From: a virus
Lineage: Duplodnaviria; Caudoviricetes
IMG/VR virus record: IMGVR_UViG_3300032216_001891
Location: 64,001 to 128,000 of that record
DNA: 64,000 nt
Reading direction: 5' to 3' (one strand)
Positions 56,647 through 64,000 of the stretch are shown here, piece after piece (the first letter of the stretch is position 1; every line of letters starts with the position of its first letter). The notes beneath the pieces are model-generated. The model was not told the origin of the DNA and did no database searches. It was given only the letters and a program-made list of their open reading frames with translations. The translations under genes were made by a program, and so were the position numbers.

Positions 56647-57790
56647 CTGTACTCATGCGTAGCCACTGTTCTCCAGAACCTTCAAGTATATCAACAATAC
56701 GATCTATAGTACCATCGGTCCAGGCACTGATCTTACCCTGGTTCTTATGTGGTGCCGTTAACAATACATCTAGTTTAGCAATAGCATCATCTAGACTCCA
56801 AGGAATGTATAACCGTTCTGGATCATTTGCAAAAGTTTCAGGGAAGCTACGATAAGCAGGATATAGAACATTGGCTCCGAGTGTATCTGCTTCACTAACT
56901 GTGTTCGAAACCCAGTCTTGTAAAGCACAGTTAAACAATACCCTAGTGTCGTTAAGAAGATTGTAGTAATCATTTTTACTCAAGTCCTCGTATACAGTCA
57001 ATAATCCACGTGCTTGTAAGTCACGTGTACGTGCCATGTAACTACTATTATTTGATTTAAGTTTACTGCCTGAGAAGACACAAAACTCTACTGCGGGATT
57101 GCCAGCATCAGCATGCCAAGCTTCAATCAAGTCCATATAAAAGTCTGGTTGCTTTTCTTGATCCCATCTTGCAGCAAATCCCACACGCATGGCTCGTTGG
57201 TCAAATGGTGTTAGTTCTCCAGCGACTCTTGCACGGACTTCATCTCGACCAAACGCCAAGCCGGAGATGTTGTAGATCGGGGCTTCCCAGCCAGCTATTT
57301 TCATGTGCATTGCCATTTCTTCATTTGAAGCTAGTACAATATCCGCAAAACTATCCACCATTTTCTCATAAAGTGCCATCCACTTTTGCATACCCCAGAC
57401 ATGAACAAAATCATCCGGGTCAATGCTTTGTGCAAGACAACGAACAGCGATCCTAGGACGCATGTTAGGCTCAACTTGATTAATAATGTAAGGTAGGCTC
57501 TCGATGCCTGGTTGAAACATGTCTTCAAAGTATATAACATCTTCATTTGTGATTTCCCCTGCTTTCATTTTTGCTACAAGCGTCATTAGTTGACTCATGC
57601 CAAAGTAAGTGCGTCCGTGTGCATCCAACACCTGTCCTGTTACAATGGCTTGATCATTGCTTAATGTTTCACCAGCAACAACTTCATAGTCGATGCTACG
57701 ACGCCGAAATACACGTTCGTTCCAGTCTTGTAACTGTAGTGTGTATCTTGCTTTATAGGGCTCCAAACCCATGTACCAAAGTTTTCTCAT
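56612..57790 (-). CDS. GT-B (GT4-like) glycosyltransferase
   Basis: FAARWDQEKQPDF, LSKNDYY, QDWVSNTVSEA, YRSFPE. Confidence 0.8.
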   Translation of the reverse strand: MRKLWYMGLEPYKARYTLQLQDWNERVFRRRSIDYEVVAGETLSNDQAIVTGQVLDAHGRTYFGMSQLMTLVAKMKAGEITNEDVIYFEDMFQPGIESLPYIINQVEPNMRPRIAVRCLAQSIDPDDFVHVWGMQKWMALYEKMVDSFADIVLASNEEMAMHMKIAGWEAPIYNISGLAFGRDEVRARVAGELTPFDQRAMRVGFAARWDQEKQPDFYMDLIEAWHADAGNPAVEFCVFSGSKLKSNNSSYMARTRDLQARGLLTVYEDLSKNDYYNLLNDTRVLFNCALQDWVSNTVSEADTLGANVLYPAYRSFPETFANDPERLYIPWSLDDAIAKLDVLLTAPHKNQGKISAWTDGTIDRIVDILEGSGEQWLRMSTDYRKHTHESKY

Positions 57791-58125
57791 CGTGCTTTCC
57801 TAAATTCTTCAACATCTTCCACTGCATGATGTAGTATTGTAGCATAGTTCATAGCCTGTTGTCTATTCATGCTGATTGTGGTTTCGCAACGAACATGTCC
57901 TTTGGTCAGTAACTGCCAAATGTGATACCAGCGTGTTTGGCTCCACCAGTTGGATTTTACTCGAACATACACATTTACTTCAACATCGCACTCGTTGGCC
58001 TCGACCCAAACATCGTGCTCGTGGTCACTTTGTCCACATTCACATGTAACTTGGTAGCGTCTGGCATCACCCCAGGTGTTTTTGATCAAGACTCCGGTGG
58101 CAGGAGTTTCGGGTGTTAGCGCCAT
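57787..58125 (-). CDS. Hypothetical protein
   Basis: CECG...H motif; coupled. Confidence 0.6.
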   Translation of the reverse strand: MALTPETPATGVLIKNTWGDARRYQVTCECGQSDHEHDVWVEANECDVEVNVYVRVKSNWWSQTRWYHIWQLLTKGHVRCETTISMNRQQAMNYATILHHAVEDVEEFRKAR

Positions 58126-58385
58126 GTTCTTGGACGCCAATTTGCATCACGTGGTTTGAAATCACGTTTCTCTTTGGGATAAGGACTCCAGTTGTCCTTA
58201 GGATGCTTGCCGGCTTTTACACGTTGCATTTCGCCCCAAGGAGTCTTTTCGTTGTAGAGATGATTCTCATCATACACATAACCTTGACGTTTGCAGAATT
58301 CTAAATATTCTGCAAGGTCGTCGAATAGGTCACGTACTTCGGGTTTCATGCGAAGATATTTGTTTAACCAAGTGGGCTGGCCCAT
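58116..58385 (-). CDS. Hypothetical protein
   Basis: AAGGAG RBS; FC...GY.YDE.HLY. Confidence 0.65.
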   Translation of the reverse strand: MGQPTWLNKYLRMKPEVRDLFDDLAEYLEFCKRQGYVYDENHLYNEKTPWGEMQRVKAGKHPKDNWSPYPKEKRDFKPRDANWRPRTWR

Positions 58386-58396
58386 ACACTGCTCCT

Positions 58397-58840
58397 TTAA
58401 ATTACGATTAATTGACTTGGACGGGTTACGTTGTAATTGATTCGGCATCCGTTTTCACCGTCCTCGGATACCTCAATTGATACATAACGACCGGGATAAC
58501 GGGCCGCAATTTGCAAGTACAAGTCATCTGCCATCATTTCGCAGCTCTTGAAATCTAATTCTAACACATCCTTGCTGTAAAGACTCTCCAACCAGCGTTT
58601 GACCTGTATAAACTCCAAATCTCGATCGTTATGTTCCACTCCAATCCCGACTTGAAAATGGAATATGTGTCTGTGACTATTGGCCAAGAAACTCACATCA
58701 TACTCACCGGGAGTACACAAGTTGGGATCTGTGGCCGCCGCAGGATAACGATGTATGCCTTCACGTTGGAACTTGACCCAAATCTGTCTTTGGGCCTGCG
58801 TCATGATTCTATCTACTGTTTCTCTCAATTCTTGATTCAT
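58397..58840 (-). CDS. Second T-fold (QueD/PTPS-like) protein
   Basis: EGIH, HRHIFHF, DRDLEF, SCE, VSEDGENG. Confidence 0.65.
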   Translation of the reverse strand: MNQELRETVDRIMTQAQRQIWVKFQREGIHRYPAAATDPNLCTPGEYDVSFLANSHRHIFHFQVGIGVEHNDRDLEFIQVKRWLESLYSKDVLELDFKSCEMMADDLYLQIAARYPGRYVSIEVSEDGENGCRINYNVTRPSQLIVI

Positions 58841-59349
58841 TTTATTACCTCATCTTTAGTATATTGACTCCACACCGTAAAACACTTACGGTCTTGTAAC
58901 GCATGTATGCTGTGACACCAGACTCCAGGATTAGAGGCCGCAAAGTCTCGATCGTCTAACTTAATTGTAGCATTATATCCCAACTGTTGTATATGGGGTA
59001 ATTTAACCGAAATCATGGGAACAAAGTTGTGATGTTGTATTAGATCAGTTTCAAGCAAACGTTCCACATGTACCACATCCAAATCCAGTGTACACAAAAA
59101 CTGTTGACCCAAACATCTCGATATCATGGCACTCCACTCGTCCCAGATACTGTAGTTAGCCTCGGTTGACGGAAAACTTTGATTGGCACCAAAGTAAATA
59201 TGTTCGACATCATTGGCACGAGCATGTTTAATCACTTCCAGTTGACTTTGCACTCCCACTACAAACAAAGTCTTCATTCCATAAGCCGGAGTATGCTCTA
59301 CCTCAGTGCCAACAAAAAAGTTTATATCTTCATGGCCTTCACGGTTCAT
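58837..59349 (-). CDS. Hypothetical protein linked to the DpdA-like gene
   Basis: GTEVEHTP, HIYFGANQSF, NPGVWCH. Confidence 0.7.
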   Translation of the reverse strand: MNREGHEDINFFVGTEVEHTPAYGMKTLFVVGVQSQLEVIKHARANDVEHIYFGANQSFPSTEANYSIWDEWSAMISRCLGQQFLCTLDLDVVHVERLLETDLIQHHNFVPMISVKLPHIQQLGYNATIKLDDRDFAASNPGVWCHSIHALQDRKCFTVWSQYTKDEVIK

Positions 59350-59350
59350 G

Positions 59351-60919
59351 TTATTCTCCAAATAAGTCAGGGTTGAGTACGGGCTGTGGCTGTACTGTTT
59401 TAACAGGTTTATCGCGAGCCAAATTGCCTTCAATGTCCACAAGTTCCGCTGCCATGGTCTGTGAGTTCATGGCTTTTTTGCCTTTGTTTCCTCTAGTGCC
59501 TACAATTTCCATCCAGTACTTGCTGTAGTAGGCAATAATTTCCAAACTCTCTTGTTGTGTTGGCGCAGAAAATATACGTTCCACAATATCTTCAAAATAA
59601 GCATTGTCTCCGGTGTACTGCATCATGGCTGGATGTTCTCCTGCGTCAAATCTTCTATTGGCTTCTTGTACTGCTGTCAAGTGCATCCAAACATTGTGGC
59701 CCATTAGCAGTGCATAACTGAAACTATCCCACGAAGTTTTTCCTTCTTTGCCGTTTTTATTGACATCACCGGGAGCGTAGATACAAATGTCTTTCATTTT
59801 CAGCATGTTGCTGATGGGACTGTCCTGCCAATTTTTAATAGGCGAGTTGGGATCCTTGAGTGTTATGTCGGCCAATAGGCCCACACCCCACTTGCGTGTG
59901 TCACGAGCGTATTTTTTATCATCCAATACCGGAGCCATTTTATAACTCCATTTGCCCTCCGGCGGGAATACATTTTCATAGTACACCTGTCCATTGGCAG
60001 TGGCCAAGAAAGGACTGGCACAGTCAAAACTAATAGTGAAATTGGGATTGATGTGTTTTCTTACACTACGTTGTATCACAGTGAGCAACACTGCCCATTC
60101 CAACTTGCTTGTGCCCAAGAAGTGCATCCAATCATGCACACCCTCCTGCAACAAGTTATCATACTTTAATGCAACCAGTCGCTTCAACACCAGTTCCACA
60201 TCACACATGTTCTGTCCACCCATGCTCCAGCCGTTGAAGTGTGTGTCGGGATACTGCACAGGGTCGCAATAGTGTTTCATGGTTTGATACCATTGTTCAG
60301 CATCCTTGTGAGTAGCTCCCTGCAACACATTCAACACTCGCATGCCGCCATTTTTAACACCTCGACGATGTTTGATGTAAAAGTCATTGTTGTACCGGGT
60401 GGCATCAACCAATTCATTAATATCTTTAAAGTTACCAATTTTACTGTTGGCCACTCGGTTGTTTATCACCCAAGTTGGTATATCCAAAGTCATACCATAA
60501 TCTGCAACTCCGTCAAGCCATTTGAGTACAGCTTCGCGTCGAGCCTGTGCCCGAGCACAACCGGATCCGGCTCGCCAATCACCCTCCCACAAGCCCTTGG
60601 CTATCTGGAATCCGCCCGAGTCGCCCAACATAACTGTTGCGGGATCACGTTTGCGAACCATATCCTCACTGGAGTCGGGTTTGGTTAAATCTAAATTGGC
60701 ATGTCCGCCGGAATATAAACTCCATTTATAGGGAAACAACGCCTGTTGTGCATTGAGCCAGTTCAGTTGTTCCATGTCGGTCAAGCCTTGAGGAAAACGT
60801 GCTGGATCTACATAATTTTCGTTTCTTTGCTTGCCAATGAAAGTGGCATAGAATCCCGAGATGGCCGGAAGGAATACTGCATAATCCTGTTGTTTTGCTG
60901 TTAAGTTATCTTGCTCCAT
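59351..60919 (-). CDS. tRNA-guanine-transglycosylase-fold protein (DpdA-like DNA transglycosylase)
   Basis: DSGGFQ catalytic motif, MTLDIP, VLQG, HFLG, SFD; in a locus with folE/queD/queE. Confidence 0.75.
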   Translation of the reverse strand: MEQDNLTAKQQDYAVFLPAISGFYATFIGKQRNENYVDPARFPQGLTDMEQLNWLNAQQALFPYKWSLYSGGHANLDLTKPDSSEDMVRKRDPATVMLGDSGGFQIAKGLWEGDWRAGSGCARAQARREAVLKWLDGVADYGMTLDIPTWVINNRVANSKIGNFKDINELVDATRYNNDFYIKHRRGVKNGGMRVLNVLQGATHKDAEQWYQTMKHYCDPVQYPDTHFNGWSMGGQNMCDVELVLKRLVALKYDNLLQEGVHDWMHFLGTSKLEWAVLLTVIQRSVRKHINPNFTISFDCASPFLATANGQVYYENVFPPEGKWSYKMAPVLDDKKYARDTRKWGVGLLADITLKDPNSPIKNWQDSPISNMLKMKDICIYAPGDVNKNGKEGKTSWDSFSYALLMGHNVWMHLTAVQEANRRFDAGEHPAMMQYTGDNAYFEDIVERIFSAPTQQESLEIIAYYSKYWMEIVGTRGNKGKKAMNSQTMAAELVDIEGNLARDKPVKTVQPQPVLNPDLFGE

Positions 60920-61538
60920 AGAACTTTACCGAGTTAATTAATTCGTAGTCAAGGGCAAAGTAATCCTTCACCGCTTTGAGATATTTAGGGTTTTGTATTT
61001 CTCTTGCAAATATATTTTTAAATTTTTTACGTATGGGATCTGCTTCGCTCACATGTTGTGGTTCATATCTATGATATCTATTAGGCATACCGTGTTCATC
61101 CAAGAACACACTAAAGTCCTGTCTATAGTGTTCGTCACACAGGAAAAACACACACTGTTCACGATCAAGCCCATGTACAAAGTTTACTTGACGCTCGGTG
61201 TGATCGTCAAACGCAATTCTATCGAAAATTAAATCCATGGCTTCTAAATCATGCATGATAAAATCTGGATGATACAGTGCAAGGTATTCGGCGATGCCGC
61301 TTAACCAACGCTCAACAGGATCACGCAACACCACCATGGCTGTTTTTACTTGAAGAATACGATCGGTGTGATAGTTGTAAAACTCCCAACCAAAATCCTG
61401 CAGGTTGGGTTTGGTCCACGAGCTGGCACATTTGGGAATATTGACATACATAAGGTCAGTGCTGTTACTGGACATGCATTGACCATACACATGCCCTTTT
61501 GAACTCCACTGATTTAAAAACTCTGCATCAATTTTCAT
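60906..61538 (-). CDS. Sulfotransferase (Sulfotransfer_2-like)
   Basis: IPKCASSW (5'-PSB), RDPVERWLS (3'-PB), YFALDYEL. Confidence 0.75.
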   Translation of the reverse strand: MKIDAEFLNQWSSKGHVYGQCMSSNSTDLMYVNIPKCASSWTKPNLQDFGWEFYNYHTDRILQVKTAMVVLRDPVERWLSGIAEYLALYHPDFIMHDLEAMDLIFDRIAFDDHTERQVNFVHGLDREQCVFFLCDEHYRQDFSVFLDEHGMPNRYHRYEPQHVSEADPIRKKFKNIFAREIQNPKYLKAVKDYFALDYELINSVKFYGAR

Positions 61539-62266
61539 TTGGTTTGAGCTGGGATAATATATGAATATTCTGCAATTCCCGAGTCCACAGTGATCATAGC
61601 AGCACCTTCGTCGGAGATTTTAAATGTTTTATCCCCACTCAGGCTTAAAATACTGATCACAGCCGATACGGGCCAATTCCAATTTTTAGTTATAGCACCT
61701 GTGACACCGGCTTGGAATACAAAGTTACCGGCATGGCTACTGGCATCTCCAAAGAAGAATTTTAAATCACCATTTTCAGTCTTGGCCACAAATGTAGTTT
61801 CTTCGCTGTTGGCACTGGCTTGAAATTTCAAACGCTGAATGTTCACAGCAGTGGGAGCAAAGTCCACACCCCACTTGACACCTTTGAATTTAACTGCTTT
61901 GAGTTTGTCATTGATGATTTCTGCCGCCATAAAACGATAGTCGTTTTTAAAGTCACCTGCGGCATTTTCAAAATGCACTCCTGCGGGAATGGATTCACCA
62001 TTGCGTTCTTGACGATTGATGCTGAGTCTAGCATTTTCTCTGTACTCGGGGATACCCAATATGGTATTGAGTTTTCCTAAATTAGGCATACCAAACACAC
62101 CAATGAAGTCTGGGTGTGCTGATTTAAAACGTGCTTCTACAATAACTGATCTATCTTCAGCCACTGCATTGATCACTGTGGCATCTTCAGTACCAGTGAT
62201 TTTAACTAGGTCAATGATGCCCAGTCCATGTGTATGTGCCACAATATCTTTTAAAAAATCTTGCAT
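61535..62266 (-). CDS. DNA polymerase sliding clamp (gp45-like)
   Basis: Size, beta-rich two-domain pattern, YRFM motif, position next to the polymerase. Confidence 0.7.
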   Translation of the reverse strand: MQDFLKDIVAHTHGLGIIDLVKITGTEDATVINAVAEDRSVIVEARFKSAHPDFIGVFGMPNLGKLNTILGIPEYRENARLSINRQERNGESIPAGVHFENAAGDFKNDYRFMAAEIINDKLKAVKFKGVKWGVDFAPTAVNIQRLKFQASANSEETTFVAKTENGDLKFFFGDASSHAGNFVFQAGVTGAITKNWNWPVSAVISILSLSGDKTFKISDEGAAMITVDSGIAEYSYIIPAQTK

Positions 62267-62286
62267 AAGGTTCTCCTGTTTTATGT

Positions 62287-62316
62287 ATTATACGTGATTG
62301 TATTTAGACCTGTCAA
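62287..62316 (-). promoter_or_regulatory. Hybrid promoter of the clamp/DpdA operon
   Basis: Perfect TTGACA-18-TATAAT with CTAAATA in the spacer. Confidence 0.8.
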
Positions 62317-63248
62317 CGGTCGATGTTTTTTATTTCGCCCAATACCTGATGTGCTTTGACGGTGTGCAAGACACCGGGACGTTGAATTTCTAACCAGCTG
62401 ATGTTGTATTGATCGAACTCACTGTGTATGCTGTAGCCCAAGCTTTGGCACAACAGTATCAGCAAGCTCTTGGGCATGTAGGTTTGTGCAAATCTTTCAG
62501 CCAAGCCAGCACCGTGTGTGGTGTCACCATCGTTGTAACTGAACATAAACACACCGCCCGGTCTCAACAAATCAAATATCTGTTGTAGATACAATTTCAT
62601 AGTGTCCATGCTGACATAGTTAAAATATCCCCAACTGAAAACAAACGCCATCTGTTGCTGAGGCAACGCAGATAAATCATGATCGCGTATGCGATATTTT
62701 CTCAATCTTGTTTGATATTCTGGGGTAAATTGGCTGTTGGAGGAGTCAAGAAACTCTTGATGGGGATCGGCCAAGTACAAAGGATCTGCTGCCACCATGT
62801 ACTGAGTCCACTCGCCATCTCTGCATCCAATTTCCACAGCCGGATATCTCCAATTGGTGTGCAACATTATACGTTGTTTGACATCTTGTTCGGTATCGGG
62901 CTGTATAACAATTCTGCGATTGGTTCTAATGGATTCAACAGTACCGGGCTGTTGTTCTAGGCTGTAATTATTGGCAAATAGTCTGTGAGTTATCTCATTG
63001 ATTTCTTGGTCAATCTGTTCAATCTTAACTTTTAATTCATCGGACATTTGCACAACTGTTTCGGTCAAGTGTATAAATTTAATAACAGTGGTTTGAATAT
63101 GCTGTTCGTACGTGTCGCTGATATTGCTGACTTGAGCATTGATGTTTTCAAAATTACGTTTCAACTGTTGCAATTCTTCAACGGCAGAGTCAATGGCCAT
63201 GGCTTCGATCAGAGACTGCCGCAGTGCAACAAGATTATATAAATTCAT
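62313..63248 (-). CDS. Class I SAM-dependent methyltransferase with N-terminal coiled coil
   Basis: VEIGCRDG, FVFSWGYFNY, LLRPGGVFMF. Confidence 0.8.
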   Translation of the reverse strand: MNLYNLVALRQSLIEAMAIDSAVEELQQLKRNFENINAQVSNISDTYEQHIQTTVIKFIHLTETVVQMSDELKVKIEQIDQEINEITHRLFANNYSLEQQPGTVESIRTNRRIVIQPDTEQDVKQRIMLHTNWRYPAVEIGCRDGEWTQYMVAADPLYLADPHQEFLDSSNSQFTPEYQTRLRKYRIRDHDLSALPQQQMAFVFSWGYFNYVSMDTMKLYLQQIFDLLRPGGVFMFSYNDGDTTHGAGLAERFAQTYMPKSLLILLCQSLGYSIHSEFDQYNISWLEIQRPGVLHTVKAHQVLGEIKNIDR

Positions 63249-63250
63249 TG

Positions 63251-64000
63251 TTATTCAAATGTAAACAAACTGTCAAACGTGGTTTTGATATCAGTGGCTT
63301 CGGCAATGCCCCACTCCAACACACCCAATAAATTTTCCACCTTTTGATCCACAATGGTCACTTCCATGAGATCGTTGTCAAATGGTAAGTTTTTAAACCA
63401 GTCGGGTATGTGACTTTCATCTGTGGGATAACCCACCGACGTATAGCTCAAGGGATTGTCCTTTAATTTACACACAATAGTTTTCATACCATCCACAATG
63501 CTCATGGAATAGTTGTCACTCATCATGCGTTTTAAATTGTTCCAGTTCATTGCTGCTCTCACATGTCCCGGCATATTTGCCTTGCCCAAGCGTTTTTCTT
63601 CGGCTGTGTATTTGGTTAAGTTGTTCACACGTTTGGGTGTACCTTTTTCCCAAGCCGGACGTTCGGCAAATTCAATCTTGAATTCTCTGACTCTATCCAC
63701 CACACGTTGTCTAACATCTCCAGTGCCAGTGAGTACCTCTAATAAAATTTCACTGAGAAACTCCTGTACAATTTTGGGAGTGTCACTGCGTTTTAAATCC
63801 AAGCCCATGGCCTTGACCTTACCGGGCCGACCCATGACATCCAGTCTGTGTCCTTCCAAGTCATAGATTAGTACAGCATAGCGTTTCTTTTTAATAAACA
63901 AGCCTTTTGACGCAACCATTTCACGCCCACCTTTAATAATAGCACCCATGTCTCTCGGGCAGTGACAAGCACGTTCCATAAATGCCGGAAAACTTTCGTT
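63251..64000 (-). CDS. Family B DNA polymerase, C-terminal part (runs off the window)
   Basis: KKKRYA, KAMGLDLKRSDTP, PGHVRA; frame open to the window end. Confidence 0.92.
   Translation of the reverse strand, partial: NESFPAFMERACHCPRDMGAIIKGGREMVASKGLFIKKKRYAVLIYDLEGHRLDVMGRPGKVKAMGLDLKRSDTPKIVQEFLSEILLEVLTGTGDVRQRVVDRVREFKIEFAERPAWEKGTPKRVNNLTKYTAEEKRLGKANMPGHVRAAMNWNNLKRMMSDNYSMSIVDGMKTIVCKLKDNPLSYTSVGYPTDESHIPDWFKNLPFDNDLMEVTIVDQKVENLLGVLEWGIAEATDIKTTFDSLFTFE

Noticed and set aside
118-63866. Many short opposite-strand or off-frame ORFs in the track
   Set aside because: They lie inside well-supported genes and lack RBS or motifs, so they are shadow ORFs
1-64000. Stop-codon reassignment, as seen in some large phages
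   Set aside because: Genes tile densely in the standard code, and TAA, TGA and TAG all end genes at sensible places
1-64000. tRNA or rRNA genes
   Set aside because: No cloverleaf with T-arm consensus seen in the few gaps long enough; a tRNAscan run would be needed to be certain

Overview
This is a 64-kb segment of a large lytic dsDNA phage genome. It looks like a T4-superfamily myovirus: family-B DNA polymerase, gp45-like sliding clamp, T4-type RNase H and TAAATA late-promoter motifs. A Bug/TctC gene hints at a betaproteobacterial host. It uses the standard genetic code; I saw no tRNA, rRNA or CRISPR array. Positions 1-27 kb (+ strand) carry tail-fibre genes followed by a large glycan-building and tailoring island. 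That island has GT-A and GT-B-like glycosyltransferases, five radical-SAM enzymes with N-terminal auxiliary Fe-S domains, SGNH proteins, a 33-aa PFIY peptide missed by the ORF track, a carbamoyltransferase, an APS-kinase/nucleotidyltransferase fusion and a 1341-aa tandem-repeat pseudo-glycosyltransferase; a DegT aminotransferase and an epimerase follow on the - strand. Positions 27-64 kb (- strand) carry ThyX/DHFR, MoxR+VWA, early small ORFs behind repeated promoter cassettes, a nuclease/HNH/ABC-GNAT module and RNase H. They also carry a 7-deazaguanine DNA-modification locus (folE, PRTase, queD, MazG-like, queE, a second T-fold protein, TGT/DpdA-like, GT4, GalE, sulfotransferase, methyltransferase; no queC in the window) that runs into the clamp and polymerase genes. 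Non-coding highlights are a structured, switch-like leader in front of queD, a TGTTGY-N6-RCAACA dyad at about -41.5 of promoters lacking a -35 box, and hybrid early/late promoters. All functional calls come from motif recognition by eye, with no database search.
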